Positions 8,034 through 19,590 of a stretch of 32,000 nt of DNA are shown here, one piece after another. The notes beneath the pieces are model-generated. The model saw only the letters and a program-made list of their open reading frames with translations. It did not search any database and had not been told where the DNA came from. Within the stretch, counting starts at the first letter, position 1, and each line of letters opens with the position of its first letter. The stretch covers positions 630,001 to 662,000 of the forward strand of contig NZ_CP045650.1 of NCBI RefSeq assembly GCF_009557235.1, written 5' to 3'. The position numbers and the translations under genes were made by a program. The DNA comes from Acinetobacter wanghuae (GTDB lineage: Bacteria; Pseudomonadota; Gammaproteobacteria; Pseudomonadales; Moraxellaceae).

Positions 8034-8843
8034 ATGGAGTTAATCATATATCTGTTGATTGGTGCAATTGCAGGATTTACCGCAGGACTCTTTGGGGTTG
8101 GTGGTGGGCTGATTATTGTGCCGATTCTGTATATCGTGTTTACTCATATGAATTACGATCCTGACGTGATTATGCATATGGCGGTAGGAACATCACTTGC
8201 CACAATTATTGTTACGTCAATCAGTTCTGTGATGGCGCATCATAAAAAAGGTGCGGTGCTTTGGACTGTCTTTCGTCATTTAGCCCCTGGTTTGGTTGTC
8301 GGTTCATTTATTGGTGCAGGAATTGCAGATTATCTGTCGGGATACGGTTTACAACTCTTGATTGGTTTCTTTGCCTTATGGGTTGCTTTCAAGATGTTCA
8401 TGGGTGCCAATACTCAAATTGATCCCACTAAAAAATTACCATCAACACCTATGCAAATGGCAGCAGGCGGTGGCATTGGTATTGCTTCAGCCATCTTTGG
8501 TATTGGTGGCGGTAGTCTGACGGTACCATTTTTAAATAAATGTGGTGTGGTGATGCAAAAATCAGTAGCGACCTCAGCTGCCTGTGGCTTGCCTATCGCA
8601 ATCGCAGGTGCGCTCGGCTTTATTTGGTTTGGTCAGCAATCAAACGTCGATGTACCGAATACACTCGGTTATATCCATATCTATGCATTTATCGGTATTA
8701 GTATGATGAGCTTCTTTACCGCCAAAGTGGGGGCGAAAGTCGCACATAGATTATCACCTGCAATGCTTAAAAAATGTTTTGCGAGCTTGCTGAGTATTGT
8801 GGGGATCTATTTTATCGTGCAAGGTTTCTCATCATTCGCTTAA
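8034..8843 (+). CDS. TauE/SafE (YfcA-like) family anion exporter membrane protein
   Basis: Two repeated halves carry GxxAGxxGxGGGxxxVP-like motifs (GFTAGLFGVGGGLIIVP and GIASAIFGIGGGSLTVP). I chose the ATG at 8034, because the track ORF start at 7977 overlaps birA. Confidence 0.8.
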   Translation: MELIIYLLIGAIAGFTAGLFGVGGGLIIVPILYIVFTHMNYDPDVIMHMAVGTSLATIIVTSISSVMAHHKKGAVLWTVFRHLAPGLVVGSFIGAGIADYLSGYGLQLLIGFFALWVAFKMFMGANTQIDPTKKLPSTPMQMAAGGGIGIASAIFGIGGGSLTVPFLNKCGVVMQKSVATSAACGLPIAIAGALGFIWFGQQSNVDVPNTLGYIHIYAFIGISMMSFFTAKVGAKVAHRLSPAMLKKCFASLLSIVGIYFIVQGFSSFA

Positions 8844-8944
8844 TCCAAGTAGATACTTTTTTATAGATCATCATCTTGGAATGAGGTCGCTGTAAAAGAC
8901 TTGAAATAGAGGTTTATCTTTAAAATTGGCTGTATAGACAGAAG

Positions 8945-8957
8945 ATTGTCTGACAAT
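8945..8957. promoter_or_regulatory. GntR-type operator candidate (attgtc-t-gacaat)
   Basis: A perfect 6-1-6 palindrome fits the GntR-family GT-Nx-AC operator pattern. It lies 92 bp upstream of the GntR-family gene. Confidence 0.4.
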
Positions 8958-9048
8958 GTCAAAGTATGACCTGGCAAAATACGTTAAATATAAAACAGTG
9001 CATCTTTTGAGTTGCCACCGCATCAATAAAAAATAAAACAGGAATGCT

Positions 9049-9744
9049 ATGCAACAGGTCGAAACGCAAAGTTTATCCGAGCATATCGCCAAACATATTA
9101 GTGAACAGATTATTCGTGGCGAATTGGTCGAAGGTGAGCGCATACAGGAACTTCGGATTGCATCTGAGCTTGATGTCAGTCGTGGTTCTGTGCGTGAAGC
9201 ATTGTTATTGCTTGAACGTACTCAACTTATTGAGATTTTCCCCAGACGTGGCGCGATCGTGTCGGAAATGTCTGCGTTACAAGTCCGTGCGTTGTTTGAA
9301 ATGACCTGTTTGTTGCTTGGGCAGATTGTCCATCGGATGGCAGAAACATGGCGTCCCCATGAAGCGGAGCGCGTTCAGCTATTATTAGAACAATTAGACG
9401 CTGAAACTCGCCAAGGTAACACCGAAAAGTTTTATGATTTGATCTTTCAAGGATTGGCAGATCAGCATGAAATGGTCGGTAATCCATACCTGATGCGTTA
9501 CTACCAAGAAATGTTGCCATCACTACGCCGTAGCTATTTTTTAACCTTGAATATTTCTAAGCGTGAGCTGCAAGAATCTTTTGAGTTGTTTAAATCGATT
9601 ACAGATGCTGTTTTAGCGCGAAAATCACATCAAGCGACTTTATTTATGGAAGATTTTTGTCGACACTTGCGCAACCTTGTGTTGGAATCGCTGACACGGA
9701 TGAAACAAATTGAACTCGCGTGGGCAAGACGTTCACGACGATAA
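9049..9744 (+). CDS. GntR-family transcriptional regulator (FadR/FCD subfamily)
   Basis: The N-terminal wHTH is ELRIASELDVSRGSVREALLLLE, followed by a helical C-terminal domain. It sits directly upstream of smc, as PA1526 does in P. aeruginosa (from memory). Confidence 0.85.
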   Translation: MQQVETQSLSEHIAKHISEQIIRGELVEGERIQELRIASELDVSRGSVREALLLLERTQLIEIFPRRGAIVSEMSALQVRALFEMTCLLLGQIVHRMAETWRPHEAERVQLLLEQLDAETRQGNTEKFYDLIFQGLADQHEMVGNPYLMRYYQEMLPSLRRSYFLTLNISKRELQESFELFKSITDAVLARKSHQATLFMEDFCRHLRNLVLESLTRMKQIELAWARRSRR

Positions 9745-9756
9745 CATCAGGACATT

Positions 9757-12700
9757 ATGCGTTTAAGCAGTTTAAAACTTTCAGGCTTCAAATCGTTTGC
9801 CGATAGCACGACTTTACATTTTAAAGACAACCGCACCGCAGTCGTCGGTCCGAATGGTTGTGGTAAATCCAATGTCATTGATGCCATTCGCTGGGTCATG
9901 GGCGAGTCGAACGCGCGCCAACTGCGTGGTGGCAGTATGCAAGATGTCATCTTCACAGGCACTGCAAAGCGTAAACCCGTCGGTTTGGCCAGTGTTGAAC
10001 TGCGTTTTGATAATACCTATGGCAAATTAGGCGGCATGTATAACGCTTATACAGAGCTTGCGGTACGTCGTCAGGTCAATCGGGATGGTAAGTCCGAATA
10101 TTTTTTGAATGGCACCAAATGTCGCCGTCGTGATATTACCGATATTTTCTTAGGTACAGGTTTAGGTCCACGTTCATATTCGATTATTGAGCAGGGCATG
10201 ATTAACCGACTTGTCGATGCCAAACCTGAAGAAATGCGTGTGTATATTGAAGAAGCAGCAGGCGTCTCGCGTTATCAAGCGCGTCGCCGTGAAACTATGC
10301 TGCATTTGGATCACACCACACAAAATTTATCACGCCTTGAAGATATTGCTTCAGAACTCAAATCTCAGCTCAAAACTTTAAAGCGTCAGGCTGAATCAGC
10401 GATTCAATACAAAGAACTTGAAGCACACATTCGCACGATTAAGATTGAGACCTTATCATTCCAATGTGAGCAAAGTCAGCGCTTGCAAGAAGAATATACC
10501 CTGCAACTGAACACGCAGGGTGAAACCTTTAAATTGGTTCGTTCTGAGTTGACCACGCTTGAGCATGATTTAAGTAATACCAGTGAATTGTTCCAGCGTT
10601 TAATTCAGCAGTCGACCCCATTGCAAAACGAATGGCAACAAGCAGAAAAGAAACTGGCTGAACTTGAGATGACTGTGCAGCAAAAACAGTCATTGTTAGC
10701 GCAAAATTCAACTCATTTACTGCAACTTGAACAACAACGCGCTCAAGCCAAAGAACGCCTACAACTGATTGAGCTGCAATTAGAAACCTTGTATGAGCAA
10801 CTTGAAGATCAAACCGCACAGTTGCAGCAACTAGATGCAAAAAATCAAAACCAACAGCAAAGTGTCATTGATCTAAAAGCCCAACATGCCAATCTCTCAG
10901 TGCAATTTACTCAAATGAAAGCGCAAGTTGAGCAGCAGCAACAACGTCAATTGCAAATGTCTGCCCAAAGCGAGCAATTGGTCAAAAATATTGCACGTAT
11001 TGAGCAGCAAAAAGCAGTGCTGCAACAGCAGTCTCAACAAATTCAACATGAAGCGCAACAAGATGAACTGGAACAGCAGCAACAAGACAAAATCACAGCT
11101 GAAAAAACGCTGACAGATATTGAACACGCACTGAATATTTGCAAGACGCAACAAGCACAGCTTCACGCTGAGCAACATCAGCAACAACAACAAGTGATGC
11201 AGCTGAAATCAGAAATTCAGGTATTGCGTTCAGAGCAAAAGCATCTTGATCAGCTCGTGACCAAAGCCAATCCAAAGCATAATCCCAATGCTGTACAACT
11301 CATGCAGGTGTTAAAGCTGAATGAACAGGGTAAAGCACATGCGACGCTAATTGAAAAATTCTTAGCGAAATGGCTTTCAGCTCAAGTTCTCGCAAAAGAT
11401 GAAGATTTCTTCACTCAGCAAGCGCGTCAACTGAAACAAACTGAGATTCAAGACAAAATTTGCATTGCCAATAGCACATGTTTGGCAGATTGGATTGAAG
11501 CGCCGCATTATTCACTTTGGCAGAATGTTGCTGTGGTTGAAAACTTAACCCTAGCTTTGTCATTGCAAATAGCGTTGGCTCAAGGTCAGACTTTACTCAG
11601 TTTGGACGGCTATCATATCGGGCAAGATTGGATCATTGGGCTAGATTATGATGAGTCAAGTCAAGCAGGTCAGGGTGCGTTAAGTCATCGTATTCGTCTA
11701 GATGAAATTGAGCAGCAGTTGAGTGAGCTGCAAGCCGCATTATTACAGGCTGAACAGCAATTACTCGAAAGTAATACATCTTTGAATCAATGCAATGCGC
11801 AACACCAAAGTTTGACAGCGCAGCTGAAACAAGCGCAACAGGCAGTACAGCAGCTCGACTTAACTATTGCCAAAGTTCAAAGTGCGACACAGGCATTTGC
11901 AGTCCAAAAGCAACAATTGCAAAACCAGTTGCAGCAACTGGATGTACAGCTTGAAGAAGACGCCATGCAAAAAGATGATCTTGAAATTGATCTGCATGCC
12001 TTAAACATCAAACTTGAGCAGAGCCTACCAATCTATAAAACCTTGCAATTCCAACTTGATGAATTAAATCTTCAACTTGAAGATGCTCAACAACAGTATC
12101 AATTAGCGCAACAAGAGCTTGAATTACTGCGCCGTCAAACCGTGCAGAGCAAACAACAAGTTGAATTGTTAGAGAAAGATCAAAACTTCTTGAAGCAGCA
12201 ACAGCAGCAAATTTTGGCGCAGATGGAACAAGCGAAGAGCTTAATTGATCCTGTACAGCTTGAACTGCCTAGTTTGCAGTCGCAATATCAGCAGCAAGCA
12301 GATTTGACTGCCAAGCTACAAAAAACGTGGTCAGCGTGGCAGTTGGAACTGAATGATGTTCAAGCCAAGCAAAAATTACTGACCGAAAAACGTCAAAGTT
12401 TCCAACAGCAAGACGAAAAGCTTAGAACGGATTTGGAACAAAAACGTTTAGCATGGCAATCTGCGCAATCAGATTTACAGCACTATTCAGAACAGCTTAA
12501 AGAGATGAATAGTGAAATCATCACAGGCTTGAAGATTGATATTCAAGCGCACCAAGCCAAGCTAGAAAAAGCACAAGCACAGTTTGATAAGCTCGGAGCG
12601 GTGAATCTTGCAGCATCTGAGGAATACGAAGAAGTCTCAAAACGCTATAATGAACTCAGTCATCAAATGCAAGACTTGGAAAATACCGTGCAGCAATTAC

Positions 12701-13209
12701 AAGCTGCAATGAAAAGTATTGACCAAGAAACCCGCAAACTGTTTATGAGTACCTTTGATCAGGTCAATAAAGAGCTTCAAAACTTATTCCCGAAAGTATT
12801 TAATGGCGGTGAAGCGAGTTTAAGCCTTGAAGATGGATGGCAATCGGGTGTAAAACTGATGGCACGACCACCGGGCAAGCGCAATAGCTCATTGGCACTG
12901 CTTTCTGGTGGTGAAAAAGCATTAACAGCATTGGCGTTGGTGTTTGCAATTTTTAGACTGAACCCTGCACCATTTTGCGTCCTTGATGAAGTCGATGCAC
13001 CGCTTGATGATGCGAACGTTGGACGTTTTTGTAATTTGGTCAAAGAATTGTCTGAACACGTACAATTTATTTACATTACCCACAATAAGCTTGCAATGAT
13101 GATGGCAACTGATTTGCTCGGAGTAACCATGCCAGAAGCAGGTACTTCGAAATTAGTCTCAGTCAATTTGGAACAAGCAAAAGAATACGGCGAAGCTGCG
13201 GAGGCTTAA
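9757..13209 (+). CDS. smc: Chromosome segregation protein SMC
   Basis: Walker A (GPNGCGKSN), the C-terminal signature (LSGGEKALTALAL) and Walker B (FCVLDEVDAPLD) are present. Long Gln-rich coiled coils flank a central hinge-like segment. Confidence 0.97.
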   Translation: MRLSSLKLSGFKSFADSTTLHFKDNRTAVVGPNGCGKSNVIDAIRWVMGESNARQLRGGSMQDVIFTGTAKRKPVGLASVELRFDNTYGKLGGMYNAYTELAVRRQVNRDGKSEYFLNGTKCRRRDITDIFLGTGLGPRSYSIIEQGMINRLVDAKPEEMRVYIEEAAGVSRYQARRRETMLHLDHTTQNLSRLEDIASELKSQLKTLKRQAESAIQYKELEAHIRTIKIETLSFQCEQSQRLQEEYTLQLNTQGETFKLVRSELTTLEHDLSNTSELFQRLIQQSTPLQNEWQQAEKKLAELEMTVQQKQSLLAQNSTHLLQLEQQRAQAKERLQLIELQLETLYEQLEDQTAQLQQLDAKNQNQQQSVIDLKAQHANLSVQFTQMKAQVEQQQQRQLQMSAQSEQLVKNIARIEQQKAVLQQQSQQIQHEAQQDELEQQQQDKITAEKTLTDIEHALNICKTQQAQLHAEQHQQQQQVMQLKSEIQVLRSEQKHLDQLVTKANPKHNPNAVQLMQVLKLNEQGKAHATLIEKFLAKWLSAQVLAKDEDFFTQQARQLKQTEIQDKICIANSTCLADWIEAPHYSLWQNVAVVENLTLALSLQIALAQGQTLLSLDGYHIGQDWIIGLDYDESSQAGQGALSHRIRLDEIEQQLSELQAALLQAEQQLLESNTSLNQCNAQHQSLTAQLKQAQQAVQQLDLTIAKVQSATQAFAVQKQQLQNQLQQLDVQLEEDAMQKDDLEIDLHALNIKLEQSLPIYKTLQFQLDELNLQLEDAQQQYQLAQQELELLRRQTVQSKQQVELLEKDQNFLKQQQQQILAQMEQAKSLIDPVQLELPSLQSQYQQQADLTAKLQKTWSAWQLELNDVQAKQKLLTEKRQSFQQQDEKLRTDLEQKRLAWQSAQSDLQHYSEQLKEMNSEIITGLKIDIQAHQAKLEKAQAQFDKLGAVNLAASEEYEEVSKRYNELSHQMQDLENTVQQLQAAMKSIDQETRKLFMSTFDQVNKELQNLFPKVFNGGEASLSLEDGWQSGVKLMARPPGKRNSSLALLSGGEKALTALALVFAIFRLNPAPFCVLDEVDAPLDDANVGRFCNLVKELSEHVQFIYITHNKLAMMMATDLLGVTMPEAGTSKLVSVNLEQAKEYGEAAEA

Positions 13210-13210
13210 A

Positions 13211-14194
13211 ATGGAAATCACAACACTGATCGGGATTGTTATAGCGGTCGTGATCATGCTCTTGGGCATTAAAATGATCATTAAGAAACCTGCGGATGCA
13301 CCGTCTTTGGATGCTGATTTGCATATTGATCCAGACAGTCAGACACCAATCATTCCGCGTCATGTGCGTGCGCAGTTGGCACAGCAAGACACAGCGCGCA
13401 TTGAACCTAGCTTAAGCGATGCAACGGCAGCTGAAACTGCTCAAACCGAAAAGAAAGAACCGACATTTATTCAGTTAACGCCGGATGCTCAACAAAAAGC
13501 AGAGGTAGATACTGAAACAACAGCAACGCTAAAAGTAGATGAAGTTGAAAAGACTGAATCTGTTATTGAAACTGCACCTGTAGAGCCAATAAAAGCTGAG
13601 ATAGTGCCTCAAGTCGAGGCGGTTGAAGAAAATAAGCCGGTCGCTGCTGAATTTAGTTTAAATGCCAATATCGAAAAAGCTGAAATTTCTGACTTTAACG
13701 AAGAAAGCAGTATTTTAGATGCGCATCTACATGAACAAAAAATTGTGGATGAAGAAAGTGCTTTAGCCAATGCTGAAACGGTTATTTCATTGCATATTTA
13801 TCCGCAAGGTCGTGTTTTATCAGGTGAAAAAACCCTGAAAGTTTTGTTGAAATATGGTCTGCGTTATGGCGAATTGGCATGTTTCCATCGTTATAGCGAA
13901 GATGGCTCAAAACTACTTTTCTCAGTATTGCAAATGACCGATACCGGTATGGAAGGCTTTGACCTTGAAACGCTATCGACTGAAGAAGTGAAAGGTTTGG
14001 CTTTCTTCTTGGCATTGCCACATAGCGATGTGCAAAATGCGTTCGATACCATGGACAGTATCTCGCGTCTAATTGCCCGTGAAGTCGATGGTCTGGTCTA
14101 TGATCAAAACCATCAAGAATTTACCCCACAGCTGCGTGAATTCTGGCGTCATCAAGCGATTGATTATCGTGTTGGACAACCAGTAGAAGTTTAA
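13211..14194 (+). CDS. zipA: Cell division protein ZipA
   Basis: It has an N-terminal TM helix, an acidic/Pro-rich linker and a conserved C-terminal FtsZ-binding domain (LKYGLRYGELACFHRY). The start lies 1 nt after the smc stop. Confidence 0.9.
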   Translation: MEITTLIGIVIAVVIMLLGIKMIIKKPADAPSLDADLHIDPDSQTPIIPRHVRAQLAQQDTARIEPSLSDATAAETAQTEKKEPTFIQLTPDAQQKAEVDTETTATLKVDEVEKTESVIETAPVEPIKAEIVPQVEAVEENKPVAAEFSLNANIEKAEISDFNEESSILDAHLHEQKIVDEESALANAETVISLHIYPQGRVLSGEKTLKVLLKYGLRYGELACFHRYSEDGSKLLFSVLQMTDTGMEGFDLETLSTEEVKGLAFFLALPHSDVQNAFDTMDSISRLIAREVDGLVYDQNHQEFTPQLREFWRHQAIDYRVGQPVEV

Positions 14195-14203
14195 GTTTCG
14201 CTG

Positions 14204-14232
14204 TTGAAACTGCGGATGCTGATTTTTATAAT
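14204..14232 (+). promoter_or_regulatory. Sigma70-like promoter candidate (TTGAAA-17-TATAAT) in the zipA-ligA spacer
   Basis: The -35 is ttgaaa at 14204-14209, the spacer is 17 nt, and the -10 is tataat at 14227-14232. Confidence 0.45.
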
Positions 14233-14245
14233 AGCCAAAAGCTGA

Positions 14246-16330
<2,085 letters not shown>

Positions 16331-16353
16331 TTTTTCTACAAAGATTTAAATGA

Positions 16354-16394
16354 AAAAGACACCGAGGATGATGAATCTTTTGGTGTCTTTTTTA
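16354..16394 (+). terminator. Intrinsic terminator after ligA
   Basis: The stem pairs aaagacacc (16355-16363) with ggtgtcttt (16382-16390), followed by a T run. Confidence 0.65.
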
Positions 16395-16555
16395 TCGCGA
16401 TTTCAAAATAATAAGAGCGGGTGAGTGTGTACAGGACAGACAAATAACAGGACGGGTTCGTCATTATGAGTTGAATTGACGTACAATATCGATTCATTTG
16501 CAGGTATTGATCCTGCCTTATTGATTCTGTTCTCCCGTTGATGATTGGCATACCC

Positions 16556-17530
16556 ATGGCGCAAGCAAAGAAATCTTTTCCGCAGCAAAAATCGGAATTA
16601 CATGCACGAAATCTGCATCGCAGTCGTTACGATTTTCCTCAACTCATCCAGAGTTGTCCGGAACTTGCAGCTTTTGTCCGCCCCAATCAGTATAACGATC
16701 TATCGATAAACTTTTCTGATCCACAAGCGGTAAAAATGCTCAATAAAGCCTTGCTCAAGCATTTTTATGACATTCAATATTGGGATATTCCCCAAGATTA
16801 TCTTTGCCCACCAATTCCGGGTCGAGCCGACTATATTCACTATTTGGCTGACTTGTTAGGTGATAATAATAATGGACAGATTCCAACAGGACGCACAGTT
16901 CAGGTATTAGATATTGGGGTGGGTGCGAACTGTATTTATCCGATCATTGGTCATCGCAGTTATGGTTGGAAATTTGTCGGTTCAGACATTCATGCCGCAT
17001 CTGTGAAAAGTGCTCAATTTATTGTGGAAGCCAATCCAAATCTCAGAAAGGGCATTCAGATTCGATTACAGAAAACCCCGAGCAATATTTTCAAAGGGGT
17101 GATTAAACCTTCAGATCGTTTTGATTTGACCCTATGTAATCCACCATTTCATGCATCGCAAGATGAAGCAAATGCCACAGCAACGCAAAAATTAAGAAAG
17201 TTGGGCAAACCCGTTGATCGAACCAAGGTGGTGTTAAACTTTGGCGGGCAAAAAAACGAATTATGGTGTGACGGTGGCGAAGAACGCTTTGTTTGCCAAA
17301 TGGTACACGAAAGTACACAGTTTGCTGAGCAATGTCTTTGGTTTACGACACTGGTTTCGAAGAAAACAACCTTGCCGATGCTGTTGAAGACCTTGCGTAA
17401 CAGCGGCGCAGTGGATGTGAAAACCATTAAAATGACGCAGGGGCAAAAAGAGAGCCGTTTTGTTGCTTGGACTTTCCTTGATTCCAAGCAACAACAAGCA
17501 TGGAAAAATGCGCGTTGGACTTCAGCTTAA
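16556..17530 (+). CDS. rlmF: 23S rRNA (adenine1618-N6)-methyltransferase
   Basis: It is collinear with E. coli RlmF/YbiN from memory: [51 protein letters not shown]. The start is uncertain, at 16541 or 16556. Confidence 0.9.
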   Translation: MAQAKKSFPQQKSELHARNLHRSRYDFPQLIQSCPELAAFVRPNQYNDLSINFSDPQAVKMLNKALLKHFYDIQYWDIPQDYLCPPIPGRADYIHYLADLLGDNNNGQIPTGRTVQVLDIGVGANCIYPIIGHRSYGWKFVGSDIHAASVKSAQFIVEANPNLRKGIQIRLQKTPSNIFKGVIKPSDRFDLTLCNPPFHASQDEANATATQKLRKLGKPVDRTKVVLNFGGQKNELWCDGGEERFVCQMVHESTQFAEQCLWFTTLVSKKTTLPMLLKTLRNSGAVDVKTIKMTQGQKESRFVAWTFLDSKQQQAWKNARWTSA

Positions 17531-17867
17531 GCTGCCTGAAGAATCCTGAGTTTGAAGATACATGAGTAGAATTGAACGTGTGGATGCGAATCAGTAAGCT
17601 CAATTTCGCTCATTGATTCGCGTCTACAGATGCCTTAAATATTTTTGATCTGATTCGCTTGTAGCTAAATGAATGTGCGTCGCCATAATTTTGAATCTCG
17701 TTACAAAAAAGCAATACGTTATAAAAGTACGTTGATCCTTTTATCCGAAGCGAGGCACGATGTTTAAGATGTTCTTTTATATATGTTAATTGCGATTAAG
17801 AGAAGTGTAAATGAAAGTACTTCTCATTTTAATTTTATAAAAATCATATGTTTACAAATATTTTACT

Positions 17868-17896
17868 TTGCAAATCGGTTTTATTTTCTCCATAAT
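17868..17896 (+). promoter_or_regulatory. Sigma70-like promoter candidate for bfr (TTGCAA-17-CATAAT)
   Basis: The -35 is at 17868-17873, the spacer is 17 nt, and the -10 is at 17891-17896. The SD agggag is at 17912-17917. Confidence 0.45.
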
Positions 17897-17925
17897 ATCA
17901 ATATATAGTAAAGGGAGTGATTCAA

Positions 17926-18390
17926 ATGCGCGGTAATCCAGAAGTCGTGGCTTATTTAAATATGTTGATTGGTGGAGAACTTGCTGCACGTGATCAATAT
18001 TTGATTCACTCTCGTATGTATGAAGATTGGGGCCTAAGCAAAATCTTTGAACGTATTGACCATGAAATGCAAGAAGAAGCACAGCATGCTGATGCTTTGA
18101 TTCGTCGTGTGCTGTTTTTGGAAGGCACACCGAATATGAAGCAAGATGATTTAGAGATTGGTACAGATGTTATTTCTTGTTTAAAAGCCGATTTAGCACT
18201 TGAATATGCAGTACGCGAAAAACTAGCGCAGGGCGTGAAATTGTGCGAAGAAAAAGGCGATTATGTCACCCGTGATATGTTGCGCCAGCAAATGTCAGAC
18301 ACCGAAGAAGACCATACTTATTGGTTAGAGAAACAATTGCGTCTCATTCAATTGATTGGTCTACAAAACTATATTCAATCGCAAATGTAA
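17926..18390 (+). CDS. bfr: Bacterioferritin
   Basis: [37 protein letters not shown] matches the Bfr N-terminus, including the heme-ligand Met region and ferroxidase Glu/His residues. The ATG at 17926 has a good SD. The track start at 17917 is a GTG inside the SD. Confidence 0.92.
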   Translation: MRGNPEVVAYLNMLIGGELAARDQYLIHSRMYEDWGLSKIFERIDHEMQEEAQHADALIRRVLFLEGTPNMKQDDLEIGTDVISCLKADLALEYAVREKLAQGVKLCEEKGDYVTRDMLRQQMSDTEEDHTYWLEKQLRLIQLIGLQNYIQSQM

Positions 18391-18401
18391 GATTGAATCA
18401 G

Positions 18402-18434
18402 AAAAAAATCCCGCTCAATGAGCGGGATTTTTTT
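18402..18434. terminator. Bidirectional intrinsic terminator between convergent bfr and rluB
   Basis: The sequence is aaaaaaatcccgct-caatg-agcgggattttttt, with A and T runs on both sides. Confidence 0.85.
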
Positions 18435-18457
18435 AATTTCAAATTGCTTCTATGGAA

Positions 18458-19549
18458 TTAGAACTTTTTGAAGCCTTTGTTTACGCCATATGGGCGACGT
18501 GGTGCATTCTCATCACGTTCGTCACGACGACCGAAGCCTTGTTCAGGGCGAGCGCCACCACGGTTGAACTGAGGTGCTTGAGTGTTGTCACGGCGGACAA
18601 ACTGCGTACCATTTTGGTTCTCAGGACGTTCACGACGAGCTTGAGCATTGTCATCACGACGTTCGCGCTCACGACCAAAAGCGGCTTGCGGTTGATCATC
18701 GCTGTCGCGGCGTTGTTGACGTAAGAAACCGCCACGACGTGCCATGAGCGGTTTGTCTTGCATACGTTCAGTACGACGTTTCGCCATACCATATAGACCT
18801 GTACCTTGACGTGGTTTAAGTTCCACAGCTTTGGTCAGGTTATCAATGTCGTTCTTATCGAGTTCGATCCAACGACCAGTACGAAGTTCGCGTGGCAGAA
18901 TCACTGTACCATAACGGGTACGTAGCAAACGGCTAACTTTCAGACCTTGTGATTCAAAGATACGACGTACTTCACGGTTACGACCTTCTTTTACCACCAC
19001 TTGGAACCAACGGTTAATACCATCACCACCAAGCTCAGAGAATGATTCGAATTTCGCTGGACCATCATCTAATACCACGCCTTTGAGCATCGTATTTTTG
19101 ATTTGTGGTGTTACTTCACCCATGACACGAACCGCGTATTCACGCTCGATTTCGTTTGAAGGGTGCATCAAGCGGTTTGCAAGCTCACCATCATTTGTGA
19201 AAAGGAGTAAACCTGTTGAGTTAATATCAAGACGCCCGACCATTACCCAACGATCACCCTGAATTTGTGGCAATTGTTCAAATACAGTAGGACGGTTTTC
19301 AGGGTCGCTACGTGAACAGATTTCACCTTCAGGTTTATAGTAAATAATCACACGACGACGAATTTCGTCTTCGATTTGGAATGCGACTTTACGACCATCG
19401 ATGCGAAGCTCATCGGTAGGTTCAATACGCTCACCCACTTGGGCAACTTGCCCGTTTACGCTCACGCGACCTGCGGCAATGACTTCTTCCATATAACGGC
19501 GAGAACCCAAACCAACACGTGCAAGCACCTTTTGCAACTTTTCACTCAT
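18458..19549 (-). CDS. rluB: 23S rRNA pseudouridine(2605) synthase
   Basis: It has an N-terminal S4 domain (KLQKVLARVGLGSRR), the RsuA/RluB catalytic motif (GRLDINSTGLLLFTNDG) and a long Arg/Asp-rich C-terminal tail. Confidence 0.9.
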   Translation of the reverse strand: MSEKLQKVLARVGLGSRRYMEEVIAAGRVSVNGQVAQVGERIEPTDELRIDGRKVAFQIEDEIRRRVIIYYKPEGEICSRSDPENRPTVFEQLPQIQGDRWVMVGRLDINSTGLLLFTNDGELANRLMHPSNEIEREYAVRVMGEVTPQIKNTMLKGVVLDDGPAKFESFSELGGDGINRWFQVVVKEGRNREVRRIFESQGLKVSRLLRTRYGTVILPRELRTGRWIELDKNDIDNLTKAVELKPRQGTGLYGMAKRRTERMQDKPLMARRGGFLRQQRRDSDDQPQAAFGRERERRDDNAQARRERPENQNGTQFVRRDNTQAPQFNRGGARPEQGFGRRDERDENAPRRPYGVNKGFKKF

Positions 19550-19590
19550 GACAGCATAACCTTTGAAATAATTATCAACAGTTCACCTAT

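Noticed and set aside
8871-9523. ORFs 8871-9143(-), 9044-9304(+) and 9227-9523(-) around the GntR-family gene.
   Set aside because: They overlap the well-supported GntR frame or its promoter region, and they have no SD or motifs.
10529-11275. Several 60-100 codon ORFs antisense to or out of frame within smc (10529-10840, 10897-11193, 10928-11113, 11093-11275, and 12777-13043).
   Set aside because: They lie inside the Gln-rich coiled-coil region. CAA/CAG/CTG-rich sequence stays open on the opposite strand as Leu-rich frames. They have no SD and no recognisable domains, and the smc frame is uninterrupted and strongly homologous.
10850-12300. An apparent QQQQ repeat structure in SMC that might be a DNA tandem repeat.
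   Set aside because: This is compositional bias of the coiled coil with mixed CAA/CAG codons. I see no periodic nucleotide unit.
16336-16588. Two minus-strand ORFs (73 and 61 aa) in the ligA-rlmF spacer.
   Set aside because: They run through the ligA terminator hairpin and into the rlmF start. They have no SD and an odd composition, so they are most likely chance ORFs.
17840-17870. A possible Fur box upstream of bfr (ataaaaatcatatgtttac).
   Set aside because: It matches the GATAATGATAATCATTATC consensus only weakly. AT-rich promoter DNA gives such matches by chance, and bfr is usually not directly Fur-repressed.
17852-18130. A 92-aa ORF antisense to the bfr 5' end.
   Set aside because: It overlaps the strongly supported bfr gene and its promoter, and it has no independent signals.
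18452-18792. ORFs 18452-18724(+) and 18481-18792(-) at the rluB 3' end.
   Set aside because: They lie within the Arg/Asp-rich tail-coding region of rluB, whose repetitive CG-rich codons keep other frames open.
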